From: Dehalococcoidia bacterium
Lineage (GTDB): Bacteria > Chloroflexota > Dehalococcoidia > Lucifugimonadales > UBA1127
Length of the DNA: 64,000 bases
Assembly: GCA_965116355.1 (NCBI GenBank)
Contig: OZ220679.1
Span: forward strand, 926,669 to 990,668
Direction: 5' to 3'
Both the position numbers and the translations under genes were made by a program. The notes under the pieces are model-generated. The model was not told where the DNA came from. It ran no database searches and was given only the letters and a program-made list of their open reading frames with translations. Shown here piece after piece: positions 55,589 to 64,000 of this stretch. The first letter of the stretch is position 1. Each line of letters begins with the position of its first letter.

Positions 55589-56263
55589 CTAAGGCGCCGT
55601 GGATTCCGTAGTTGAGTCGGCGTCTCCGTTCCCGGAGTCCGCGTCTCCGCCCGCGGTCGCCTCCTCCGGCGCCTCGCTCTCCCCGCCGTCCCCTGTCGGC
55701 TCCGCGGCAACGTTCCCGTTGCCGACGGTCACCAGCGCGGGTCGAAGCAGCCGGCCGCTCACTGTATAGCCCCGCTGTACGACGTCCACCACGGCGCCGA
55801 AGACGCCGTCCACCTCGGTCACGGCCTGGTGCAGGTTCGGGTCGAAGGTCTGCCCCGGCTGCACGTCCATCTCCTCGAGGCCGCGGGCGACCAGCATCGC
55901 CTCGAGCTTCTTGTAGACGAACCAGATGCCCTCGACCCAGGTGAGCGAGAGCAGGTTCTGCGGCACACTGCCGAAGGCGCGCTCCAGGTCGTCCAGCACG
56001 GAAAGCGTCTGCTGCATCAACGCTGCGGACGCCCACTGCGCCATCTCCTCTTGGTCGCGCTCCACCTGCCGGCGAAAGTTCTGCAGGTCGGCCTGCGCGC
56101 GCTGCCAGTTGGCCATGTAGTGCTGCGCCCGCTCCTCGAGCTCCTGAACCCGTGCCGAGAGATCAGCCACGTCGGGCTCGCCGGCCTGCGCCTCGTCCGC
56201 AGAATTGTTTGGGGCCTCCGGTGCGTCGCCCGTGGCCCCTTGTTCGCGTTCCTGCTGTTCCAT
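55589..56263 (-). CDS. grpE: Nucleotide exchange factor GrpE
   Basis: ANWQRAQADLQNFRRQVERD...PNLHQAV...GYTVSGRLLRPALV. Confidence 0.9.
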   Translation of the reverse strand: MEQQEREQGATGDAPEAPNNSADEAQAGEPDVADLSARVQELEERAQHYMANWQRAQADLQNFRRQVERDQEEMAQWASAALMQQTLSVLDDLERAFGSVPQNLLSLTWVEGIWFVYKKLEAMLVARGLEEMDVQPGQTFDPNLHQAVTEVDGVFGAVVDVVQRGYTVSGRLLRPALVTVGNGNVAAEPTGDGGESEAPEEATAGGDADSGNGDADSTTESTAP

Positions 56264-56270
56264 GCCGCTC

Positions 56271-57302
56271 CTAGGGCGCGATCCCCGCCTCTTCCAGCAT
56301 GCCGCTCATCAGCGACGACACGTAGTGCACGCCGGCAATCGTCCGCTCGTAGTGCATGCGCATGGGTCCCACGATGCTCACTGTGCCGAACATCTGCCCC
56401 TCCACGCCGTAGCGCGTGATCACCAGGCTCATCGGCTTGAGCGCGTCCTCCCTGTTCTCGCCGCCGATGACGATGCGCATCTCGCCGACGCCCGGCCGCT
56501 CCGTCAGCACCGCCTGCGCCAGCCGCCGGCTCTCCAGCGCGTCGATGAGCTCGCGCACCTGCGAGCCCCCGTTGAATTCCGGCTGCTCGATCAGGTGCCG
56601 CAGCCCCTCCACGATGTAGTCCGCAAAGGCCGCGCCGTCCTCTTCCTCAAGGATGCGCAGCGTCGTGTCCAGCACCTCGCGCTCCAGCGCCGAGTCCGCG
56701 ATGTCCCAGCCGCGCACCTCGCCGTACGAGAGCCCGCGCACCCGGCTGTTCAGCCGGTTGGCCAGCGACGTCAGTTGCTCCTCTGAAACGGGCTCCGAAA
56801 GCGGCACCAGCTCCTTGCGGAGCCGCGCCTCCTGCAGCACGAGGACCTGCATCACCAGCAGCTCGTCCAGGTACACCAGCTGCAGATTGCGGATGCGCGT
56901 CTGCACCGTCCGCGGCATGCTGACGAGCGCCATGTTGTTCGCGAGCTGTGCCAGCAGCCGCGCCGACAGCCGCGCCCACGCGTCGACGTCACGGCCCGCG
57001 CCCGCGAACTGCGCCCGCAGGTTCCGCTTGACCCCGCCCGGCAGCTCCGGCGTACCCGTCAGCGCCTCGACGTAGTAGCGGTAGCCCCGGTCCGTCGGCA
57101 CGCCGCCCGCCGAGTGGTGCGGCCGGTTGATGTAGCCCTCCTCCTCGAGCACCGCCATCTCGTGCCGCACCGTCGCCGGGCTCACGTCCAGCCCCGAGTG
57201 CCGCGTCACGACGTCCGAGGGCACGGGCGCAGCCGTCCCCACGTACTGCGAGAGGATGATCTTCAGGATGGTTTCTTGTCTCGCCGAAAGGCGTTCCAGC
57301 AT
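56271..57302 (-). CDS. hrcA: Heat-inducible transcription repressor HrcA
   Basis: LSARQETILKIILSQYVGTAAPVPS...SPATVRHEMAVLEEEGYI. ATG 57302 chosen as start. Confidence 0.9.
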   Translation of the reverse strand: MLERLSARQETILKIILSQYVGTAAPVPSDVVTRHSGLDVSPATVRHEMAVLEEEGYINRPHHSAGGVPTDRGYRYYVEALTGTPELPGGVKRNLRAQFAGAGRDVDAWARLSARLLAQLANNMALVSMPRTVQTRIRNLQLVYLDELLVMQVLVLQEARLRKELVPLSEPVSEEQLTSLANRLNSRVRGLSYGEVRGWDIADSALEREVLDTTLRILEEEDGAAFADYIVEGLRHLIEQPEFNGGSQVRELIDALESRRLAQAVLTERPGVGEMRIVIGGENREDALKPMSLVITRYGVEGQMFGTVSIVGPMRMHYERTIAGVHYVSSLMSGMLEEAGIAP

Positions 57303-57340
57303 GGCATTCACCCACGCGGTGCTGCGATTCCAGATACAAA

Positions 57341-57370
57341 AACCTAGCATCGCCCGGCGCGCGGTGTCAA
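57341..57370 (-). promoter_or_regulatory. Predicted promoter of the hrcA-grpE-dnaJ operon
   Basis: On the minus strand: TTGACA (57365-57370), an 18-nt spacer, then TAGGTT (57341-57346). Confidence 0.35.
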
Positions 57371-57403
57371 GGCGATTTCGCACCCCCGGCGCCGCACAAA
57401 CGA

Positions 57404-57433
57404 CGAGGGGGGCGACTCTCGCCGCCCCCCTCG
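57404..57433 (-). terminator. Stem-loop downstream of the collagen-like gene
   Basis: CGAGGGGGGCG-8 nt-CGCCCCCCTCG forms an 11-bp GC stem. On the minus strand it is followed by TCGTTTGTG. Confidence 0.5.
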
Positions 57434-57459
57434 CGTACTACCGGGTTTGCGTGTCCGCG

Positions 57460-58602
57460 CTAGTCCTCAACCGTCGCGCAGACGACCCACACTTCGAGCG
57501 TCCAGCTGCCGCTCTGCGCCGACACTTCCGCCGCGCTCGCCGTCCAGCCGAGCGGCTTGTCGCCGGGCACGCCCGAGGGCGCGTTCCCCGTGATCGCGAC
57601 GCCGTCGCTGGCGCCGGTGAGCGATGCGCCGCCCGAGATGGCGAAGAGGTTCTCGCCCGCGTCCGAGCACATCGCCGAGAGGACCTTGTCCTCGCTGTTG
57701 GAGCTGCTGCTGACCTTGACCAGCGTCAGGTTGCTGATGCCGGCCTCACCCTGGACGCCCTGCGGTCCGTGGGGACCCTGTTCACCCTCGGGGCCGGGCG
57801 CGCCACGCTGGCCGGGCTCACCCTGCGGGCCCTGCGGACCCTGGACGCCCTGCGGGCCCTGCGGCCCTGGCGGGCCCATGTCGCCCTGGTCGCCCTTGAT
57901 GCCCTGGGGACCGGTCGAGCCCTGGGCGCCGGGCGTACCGGCTTCGCCCTGCGGGCCCGTTGGACCGGCGTCGCCCTGCGGACCGCGCTGCCCTGGCGGG
58001 CCCATCTCACCCTGCTCACCCTGCGGGCCCTGGATGCCCTGGATGCCCTGCAGACCACGTGGCCCTGGCGGGCCCTGCTCACCCTGGAGACCCTGCGAAC
58101 CTGCCGGGCCCTGGGCGCCCATCGGGCCTGGCGGGCCGCCCGGCGTTCCGGGCTCACCCTGCGGGCCCTGCGGACCCTCTGGCCCCTGCGGGCCTTCCGG
58201 CCCCTCAGCCCCACGCGGACCCTGCAGGCCCTGCGGACCGGGCGGGCCACCCTCTGGGCCGCGAGGCCCCTGAGCGCCCTGCGGGCCCGTCTGACCCTGC
58301 GGGCCCTGCTGGCCGCGAGCGCCCTGGGTGCCCTGCGGGCCCTGCGGCCCCTGCGGGCCTGCCGGGCCGCGAAGCCCAGGCGGGCCGATCGGCCCCGGAG
58401 CTCCGTCTGTCCCGGCCTCTCCTGCCGGCCCGGCCGGTCCCGTCGCGCCCTGTGGGCCCGCCGGTCCCTGTGGCCCCTGCGGGCCCTGGTCTCCCTGGCA
58501 CGCCGGGAGCAACAACAGGCCCATCATCAGGAGAAGGACGATCCATAGACTGCGCCGCCAGACGCGCGAGGACTTCAGGTGTTTCGTATCGACTACCCTC
58601 AT
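57460..58602 (-). CDS. Collagen-like (Gly-X-Y) triple-helix repeat lipoprotein with a C-terminal globular domain
   Basis: Lipobox LLLPAC. A long uninterrupted [25 protein letters not shown]... tract is followed by approximately 100 aa of non-repetitive sequence. Confidence 0.85.
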   Translation of the reverse strand: MRVVDTKHLKSSRVWRRSLWIVLLLMMGLLLLPACQGDQGPQGPQGPAGPQGATGPAGPAGEAGTDGAPGPIGPPGLRGPAGPQGPQGPQGTQGARGQQGPQGQTGPQGAQGPRGPEGGPPGPQGLQGPRGAEGPEGPQGPEGPQGPQGEPGTPGGPPGPMGAQGPAGSQGLQGEQGPPGPRGLQGIQGIQGPQGEQGEMGPPGQRGPQGDAGPTGPQGEAGTPGAQGSTGPQGIKGDQGDMGPPGPQGPQGVQGPQGPQGEPGQRGAPGPEGEQGPHGPQGVQGEAGISNLTLVKVSSSSNSEDKVLSAMCSDAGENLFAISGGASLTGASDGVAITGNAPSGVPGDKPLGWTASAAEVSAQSGSWTLEVWVVCATVED

Positions 58603-58888
58603 GGCGAGCGTACCTTCCTTAAGGAGTTTTTTCCGTTTGCAAGACTACTATAGCAACATACCTGTGTCAAGGAATCTTGCGACGAGTTTTTGCATTCCCC
58701 GCAACTATTTTCCGAGCGGCCCCGAGCCCCCGCCCCCCGCGAGCGCCCCTCCCCGGCGCACGCGCCGGCGCGGCCCCCCGAGCGGGTCTCCCCGCCCCAG
58801 GGCCGCGCCTCTCGCTCTCTTGTCGAGCCCCCGCGCGTCCGAGCGCCGTTCCCGCTTCGATTTCCCTCAGCGCGAACGGTTGCGCGCG

Positions 58889-59743
58889 CTAGTCCTCGCG
58901 ACGCCGGCGCCGCATCCACACCAGCCCCAGCAGTCCCGCCGCCGCCAGCAGCGCGTACGCGTCCGGCCGCGACCCCTGCTGGCACGTCCCCGGCTCCTCC
59001 GGCTCCGGCGTTGGCGTCGCCGTGGCCGGCGGCGCGGGCGTCGGCGTGGCCGTCACCACGACCACCGTCGGCGGCGGCACCGGCGTCGGCGATGGCGTCG
59101 CCGTCGGCTCCGGCGTCGGCGTGGCCGTCGGCTCCGGCGTTGGCGTTGGCTCTGGCGTTGGCGTGGCCGTCGGCTCCGGCGTTGGCGTCGGCACCGGCGT
59201 TGGCGTGGCCGTCGGCTCCGGCGTCGGCGTGGCCGTCGGCCCCGGCGTCGGCGTCGGCGCGGGCGGCAGCGCCGGGAAGGTCAGCGTGTAGTTGTCGACG
59301 ATGTTCGGCCCCGGCAGGAACGGCGGCATCTCCGTCGCGATGATCCCCTCGGCCGGCAGGTGCGCCGTCGCCGTCCCTTCGACCGGGATGATGTGGAAGG
59401 TGATGACGCGGAAGTTGAAGGCCACGTTGGTCGGTCCCACCAGCAGCAGCTGGTACTCCCCGCCCATCGTCACCCGCGGCAGCGATTCATACGACGGGAT
59501 CAGCGGGCTGGGGCTGTCGATGCGCGCCACGATGGTCAGCCCGTCCGGCGCCGGCGCGCCCCCCACCGTCACCTCACCCGAGTACGTCACCGGCCCCGGC
59601 GGCGGCGATCCCTGCGCCTCCACCGACGCTGGCGTCCCCGCCAGTCCAAACACCAGCAGCGCCGCCAGCACGGCAAGGCCGAGGGTCAAGGTCTTCCGAG
59701 CGTGAAGTCTTCCAAGAGGCATGGCTCTCTCCCGTATCTGCAT
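58889..59743 (-). CDS. Secreted protein with a Pro/Thr-rich linker and a C-terminal hydrophobic anchor plus Arg tail
   Basis: Signal peptide [24 protein letters not shown] and a [13 protein letters not shown] linker. It ends ...[42 protein letters not shown] 59722 is an alternative start. Confidence 0.7.
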   Translation of the reverse strand: MQIRERAMPLGRLHARKTLTLGLAVLAALLVFGLAGTPASVEAQGSPPPGPVTYSGEVTVGGAPAPDGLTIVARIDSPSPLIPSYESLPRVTMGGEYQLLLVGPTNVAFNFRVITFHIIPVEGTATAHLPAEGIIATEMPPFLPGPNIVDNYTLTFPALPPAPTPTPGPTATPTPEPTATPTPVPTPTPEPTATPTPEPTPTPEPTATPTPEPTATPSPTPVPPPTVVVVTATPTPAPPATATPTPEPEEPGTCQQGSRPDAYALLAAAGLLGLVWMRRRRRED

Positions 59744-60204
59744 GGCCCCTTGCGGGCCCCGTTTCGCGGCCTTCCCGGGTGGCCCCGCCCCCGCCTATGG
59801 CGCGAGAGCGGCGTGCCGGTAGGCCCACCTCTCCAAGCATTATCCCCCCACCCGCGCCCAAGGTCAACCCCGCCCCAAACAACACCGTTCGCGGTAAGCC
59901 CGTACACCGCGTTCACGGTAAGCCTGTACACCCCCTCGTTTCCCCGGCGAAAGCCGGGGCCCAGAACTCCCCGCGCCCCACCCCCTCCGTCGTTCCCACA
60001 CCCCCCACCGTTCGCCCTGAGCCCCGTCGAAGGGGTCTCTTGGGGCCTCTCGATGAGGCCCCAAGAGACAGGCTCGCGCGGGACCCCGCCCAACCACCCC
60101 GCGCCCCCCACGTCGCCCCCGCGCCCTCTCAATCGTCGTTCCCGCGCAGAGCCTGCCCCGTACCCCGATACGGGGCGGGAACCCACGCGCGCACCCCCAC
60201 CACC

Positions 60205-60249
60205 AAAACGAAGGGGGCCCCCCTCCTTCCGGAGAGAGGCCCCCTCTTC
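60205..60249 (-). terminator. Intrinsic terminator candidate downstream of the S-layer-like gene
   Basis: Minus strand reads GAAGAGGGGGCC...GGCCCCCTTC followed by GTTTTGG. Confidence 0.5.
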
Positions 60250-60275
60250 AGGCCTTGCCTGGTTGGGCCGAAGCC

Positions 60276-63275
60276 CTACGGGATGATCACGCCCGCTGCG
60301 GTGGCGTAGAGCCAGTAGCCCTTGCCCACCTCGACCGTCGCCGGCTCCGTAACGTCGTTGCCGTCGTCATCCTGACCGGTTACGACGGTGTCGCCGGGCG
60401 ACACGGACGACCACGTCCGGAGCAGCGTGTTGAAGGTCAGGGCCTTCAGCCAGCCCTTGTCTCCCAGCGTGCCGAAGTAGTCGTCTGCCGGGATGTCATC
60501 CGGCGTCGGGATGTCGTTGCTGACGATCGGCACCAGGTTCCAGCCCTCGACCACCGTGATGGCCGGAGGCGGAGGCGGCGCCGCCGCTGCCGTTGCCAGC
60601 GGTGGCCGCAGCAGCTTGATCGCCTGGAACTTGTCCGTCCGCACGAAGTACGCGGTGTTGGCCGTCAGCACCGGGATGTCGCCGACGAACGAGCCCGTCT
60701 CAGCGTCGCGGCGGGAAACCAGCCACGTCTGGCTCGCGTTGTCAAACGTCATCACGATGTCCACCGGGTGCGTGCCCGGGATCACCGAGTTGATCGCCGG
60801 GTTGCCGGGCTGGAAGGGCAGGGAAATCAGGTTCCAGCCGGGCTGCAGGTCGATGTTCACCGGCTTGGCAGCCACCACGTTCCACGAGGCCGAGTGGCCG
60901 GACGTGTCGGAGGCGTTGCCCGCCGAGTCCTCGCCCTTGACGGTCAGCGTGTACTCGCCAACCTTCGGGTTCAGGATCGGAATCGTGTACTTGATCCAGT
61001 CTGCCGAGTCGACGTCCGTGGTCAGGTTGAAGGTCGTCGTCTCCGAGGAGCCGTCCGCAAAGGTGACCTTCAGCACTGCCGAGCTCAGTGTGACCGTCCG
61101 GTAGCTGTCGCCGGGGTACTCGTTGGACTCACCGGCCCAGTCCACCGTGACGATCATCGGGTCAACCGCTTCGACGTCGGGCGCATCACCACTGCTGGCT
61201 GTCGCCGTCGCGTCGGCCACAGTGACCTCCGGGTCGCCACCGCCGTTCAGTGCGGTGTCCAACTGGAAGGTGAACGCGGCCGAGTTGTTGGCGTCGGACG
61301 CGTGGCCCGCCTTGCCCAAGTTCTCCGCGTGCTGCGTGTCCACGCCCTCGACGTAGACGTTGTACTTGCCGCCGCCCGCACCCTCACCTTCAGTGGGGTT
61401 CGCTACGGTAGAAGTCACGGCGTAGGTGTAGGAGAGGGCCGCCGTCTGCGACGGGTTGGGTGACCCCGCAGGCTGACCGGCCACGTCCGTCGGGGTGGGC
61501 GCACTACCGTAACCTGAGTCCAACACAGGGTCTGCGGCTGCTGGCGCCGCGCACGATACTGTGCCGTCTTCGGCTACATCTACGGCGCGGACAACCCGTG
61601 GAAGACCATCGTCCGTAGCGGGGTCGCCATCAGGGTCTGGCACTGCTGCGTAGATGCACTCCTGATCTCCGTCGGTAACAACGTCACCGTCCCTGTTGAT
61701 AACACGGCTCAGCTTCACGTCCGGCAGGCTGGCCAGCTGCTCATCTGAGGTGATGGTGATCGTCACCTTCTCCTTGCTCAGGTCCTTGTCCTCGGACAAG
61801 CTCAGGTTCGGCCCCAGACCGTCGGCGGCCTTGGTGATCCTGCCGCCACCATAGGCGTTGCCGGCCTTGTCCGTGATGCTGGCGCTGGCGATGACTATGC
61901 TGGGCTGTTCAGAAGGACCCAGGTTCTCCGCCAAGCTCAAGTAGACTGAGTTGCCCACCACCAGCACGGAACTGACGGAGTTGCCACTGACAGTGAACGC
62001 GCCGGGGGTGACGGAGGCAGGGTCAATACCGCTGCCCGCATTGTCGGGTCCACCGTCGCCCGTAGCCCGCTCCGTCCCGTACTTGCCGTCGTCGGCGAAG
62101 TTCACCTGGATGGAGTTCGCCCTGGCGCTCAGGCCACGAACGGCCATCTTCTTGCTGGAGCTGTAGACAATGCCCGTTACGGCATTCGGCGAGGCAAGCC
62201 TGGGCGACTTGCTGTCCACCGTCAACAAGCTGCTGGCCAGCAGCTCGAATTTGTCGGTAGTAGTGACTGCGGTGGTGTCAAACGGTGCGGGCACTGTGGC
62301 AGGAGCAGTCACCGTAAAGGTCCCATCGGTGTTGGTAAACGAATCAACGGTCAAGTTGATGGTGTTGGAACCCCTGGTCACTTTGATGGTGCTGCCATCA
62401 AAGGAAGTTGCCGGCAATGCACCTATAAACCGGCCAACCGTAACTGACGAGTTACTCGCCGCACTGGGCTTCAATGCAATGCTGCTCGAGGTGCGCCGCG
62501 TGTTGCCCGCCCGGTCCCTCGTCTCAAAGTACCAAGGCGTGTTGGCGCCGATGTTCTGGATGGCGCTGGAGAGGATGGTCGCCGACACACTCCAGCCGCC
62601 GTCGATCTTGGTAAAGCTGGCCTTGCCCAAGTCAACCACGTTGCCGGCTACGATAAGCCGCACACCGCCCACGTCTGTAGTGCCGCCTCCATCGGGGAGG
62701 CTACCTGGTGTGCCGTTCTTGTCATCGATGTCGGCGGTCGTGCTGGTAGTCCCGACGCTCGACGTGTAACCGGAGCCGCCGTCCGTGATGTCCGCGCTGA
62801 AGATGATGTCCGTGTTGCCCTTCACGACCAGCGGAGAGGTGGGAGACTGGACCACCAAGGTCGGCTTCACGTTGTCCACCGTGATCGTCTTGAACGTCGC
62901 GAAGCCGCTGGTGGGCGTGTGCCTGAGCTGGATCCGGTTGCCGTTGAACGCCCGGATCTCGTTCGCGGGGCTGTCACTGAACTCTTGCACAAACGTCAAT
63001 GTTGCACTGTCGGTATAGGTCTTCGGGTTGACGCCGTCAACTTCAGCAACGTCAAGGTTCTTAACCTCGATCTCACCAGCTCCACCAGCTGTCAAGGCGA
63101 TATCGCTCGTGTTCTGTGTGCACCCCTGCGCCGCCGTATTGGAGCAGACATAGGAGTTAGTGGCAGTAATGGTAACCGCCTGCGCGTTAACGCTCCCCTG
63201 CGTGCTCAGGCCCATAACCACCAAGAGCAGCGCGAAGGCTGCCAGGGCCGCTGTGAGCTTTGCGTATCCTTTCAT
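60276..63275 (-). CDS. Large secreted cell-surface (S-layer-like) protein
   Basis: Signal peptide [33 protein letters not shown]. Thr/Ser/Val/Asn/Gly-rich beta-type sequence with less GC-biased codon usage than neighbouring genes. The C-terminal domain has [11 protein letters not shown]...GKGYWLY blocks. Confidence 0.75.
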   Translation of the reverse strand: MKGYAKLTAALAAFALLLVVMGLSTQGSVNAQAVTITATNSYVCSNTAAQGCTQNTSDIALTAGGAGEIEVKNLDVAEVDGVNPKTYTDSATLTFVQEFSDSPANEIRAFNGNRIQLRHTPTSGFATFKTITVDNVKPTLVVQSPTSPLVVKGNTDIIFSADITDGGSGYTSSVGTTSTTADIDDKNGTPGSLPDGGGTTDVGGVRLIVAGNVVDLGKASFTKIDGGWSVSATILSSAIQNIGANTPWYFETRDRAGNTRRTSSSIALKPSAASNSSVTVGRFIGALPATSFDGSTIKVTRGSNTINLTVDSFTNTDGTFTVTAPATVPAPFDTTAVTTTDKFELLASSLLTVDSKSPRLASPNAVTGIVYSSSKKMAVRGLSARANSIQVNFADDGKYGTERATGDGGPDNAGSGIDPASVTPGAFTVSGNSVSSVLVVGNSVYLSLAENLGPSEQPSIVIASASITDKAGNAYGGGRITKAADGLGPNLSLSEDKDLSKEKVTITITSDEQLASLPDVKLSRVINRDGDVVTDGDQECIYAAVPDPDGDPATDDGLPRVVRAVDVAEDGTVSCAAPAAADPVLDSGYGSAPTPTDVAGQPAGSPNPSQTAALSYTYAVTSTVANPTEGEGAGGGKYNVYVEGVDTQHAENLGKAGHASDANNSAAFTFQLDTALNGGGDPEVTVADATATASSGDAPDVEAVDPMIVTVDWAGESNEYPGDSYRTVTLSSAVLKVTFADGSSETTTFNLTTDVDSADWIKYTIPILNPKVGEYTLTVKGEDSAGNASDTSGHSASWNVVAAKPVNIDLQPGWNLISLPFQPGNPAINSVIPGTHPVDIVMTFDNASQTWLVSRRDAETGSFVGDIPVLTANTAYFVRTDKFQAIKLLRPPLATAAAAPPPPPAITVVEGWNLVPIVSNDIPTPDDIPADDYFGTLGDKGWLKALTFNTLLRTWSSVSPGDTVVTGQDDDGNDVTEPATVEVGKGYWLYATAAGVIIP

Positions 63276-64000
63276 TGTCCTTCCCTTTCGTGGGTGTATC
63301 GTTTGCCCAACGCTCGGCTGGGCTCTCGCGGATTGGGGCCCCTGCCCCTACGGTCCTGCCCTGGAGCGGGTCCCGCATCGGCTGGCCCATCCGCGCAGAC
63401 GAGCGCGATCAAATCGCGCGGCGCGGTCCGGCCCCCTGCGGGGCAAGCCCGTCCTGAGGCCCTCGAAGGGGCCACCTCCTTTCACCAGGAGCCTTCTCCC
63501 GGCCCCTGCAGCGTTTCCGATGTTCAACGCTTTCTCCTCTGGTGGTCCTCAGCTTCTTGCTGAACCTGTGCCCGTGCGAATAGCCCAAAGCACAGCCAGC
63601 CCCATTGGGGCTTCACCACGGATATAACGAAGCGCCCCCGCCATTTGTTCCACCGCCCATCATCCACCCGCGGGGACGCCCGGGCCCATTCCCGCCCTCT
63701 CCCGATACCGCTCGAAAACGTTCACAGACCGCCCCCAATCATACCACACCCCCCACCCTCGAAAAAACACCCCCGTCAACCCCCCTCGAGCGCAAAACCC
63801 ACCCCCGCCGCTCTCCCGTCGTTCCCGCGCACTCCCTCGGCTCGTCGTTCCCGCGCAGGCGGGAACCCACGGCCCCCACCCCCTGACACCACCCCCGCGC
63901 GAATCCCCCATCCTCCCCGCTACCCTGCCCGCATGCGGCACGAACACCCACGCCCTCACCGTATCCGTAGGGGCGACTCGCGAGTCGCCCGTCGCCCGCA

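Noticed and set aside
57341-57372. A CIRCE operator upstream of hrcA, CTTGACACCG-N9-CGATGCTAGG on the minus strand.
   Set aside because: It matches only about half of the TTAGCACTC-N9-GAGTGCTAA consensus and is a poor dyad (6/10 complementary). That is not enough to call it.
63826-63872. A CRISPR-like repeat, GTCGTTCCCGCGCAGGCGGGAACCCAC, with a hairpin reminiscent of type I-E repeats. Related copies lie at 59983 and 60133.
   Set aside because: There is no regular repeat-spacer periodicity. The copies are partial, nested or irregularly spaced, and no cas genes are present in the window. I treat them as REP-like hairpins.

Overview
GC-rich bacterial chromosome segment; I cannot assign a phylum from sequence alone. 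It has two parts.

(A) 1-32.1 kb looks horizontally acquired and mosaic. It ends at a tRNA-Ala(GGC) gene flanked by a P4-type integrase and an AlpA-like excisionase.
- 1-12.3 kb is a visibly more AT-rich defence island. It holds an Eco57I/PglX-type N6-adenine methyltransferase whose C-terminal target-recognition domain has a silent inverted paralog, a 38-bp inverted repeat and an adjacent tyrosine recombinase, so a shufflon is predicted. It also holds a DUF104/PIN toxin-antitoxin pair, a PLD-nuclease/SNF2-helicase fusion, and a Hachiman-like pair (PD-(D/E)xK protein plus Ski2-like helicase) whose helicase is split by a frameshift.
- 12.3-30.3 kb holds a decayed AlpA copy, a 1.3k-aa plant-type LRR lipoprotein, a small-protein/retropepsin/membrane-protein trio, an RCC1-repeat lipoprotein, a DUF6884-like plus HhH-GPD glycosylase-like pair, several tiny ORFs, and an unusual noncoding region with about 570-590-bp tandem repeats built around an AT-rich 35-nt core.

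(B) 32.1-64 kb is housekeeping: otsA-like, sod, a heme/siroheme cluster (hemL, hemB, cobA-hemD, hemC, hemA, sirC, ahbAB-like) with xth embedded, a CoA-transferase, pcm, argF, der, plsY, gpsA, prmA, and dnaJ-grpE-hrcA without dnaK. It ends with a cell-surface cluster: a collagen-like lipoprotein, a Pro/Thr-rich anchored protein and a 999-aa S-layer-like protein.

Many long ORFs in the six-frame track are GC-driven antisense or alternate-frame artefacts and are not reported. All functional calls rest on motif recognition by eye, with no database search.
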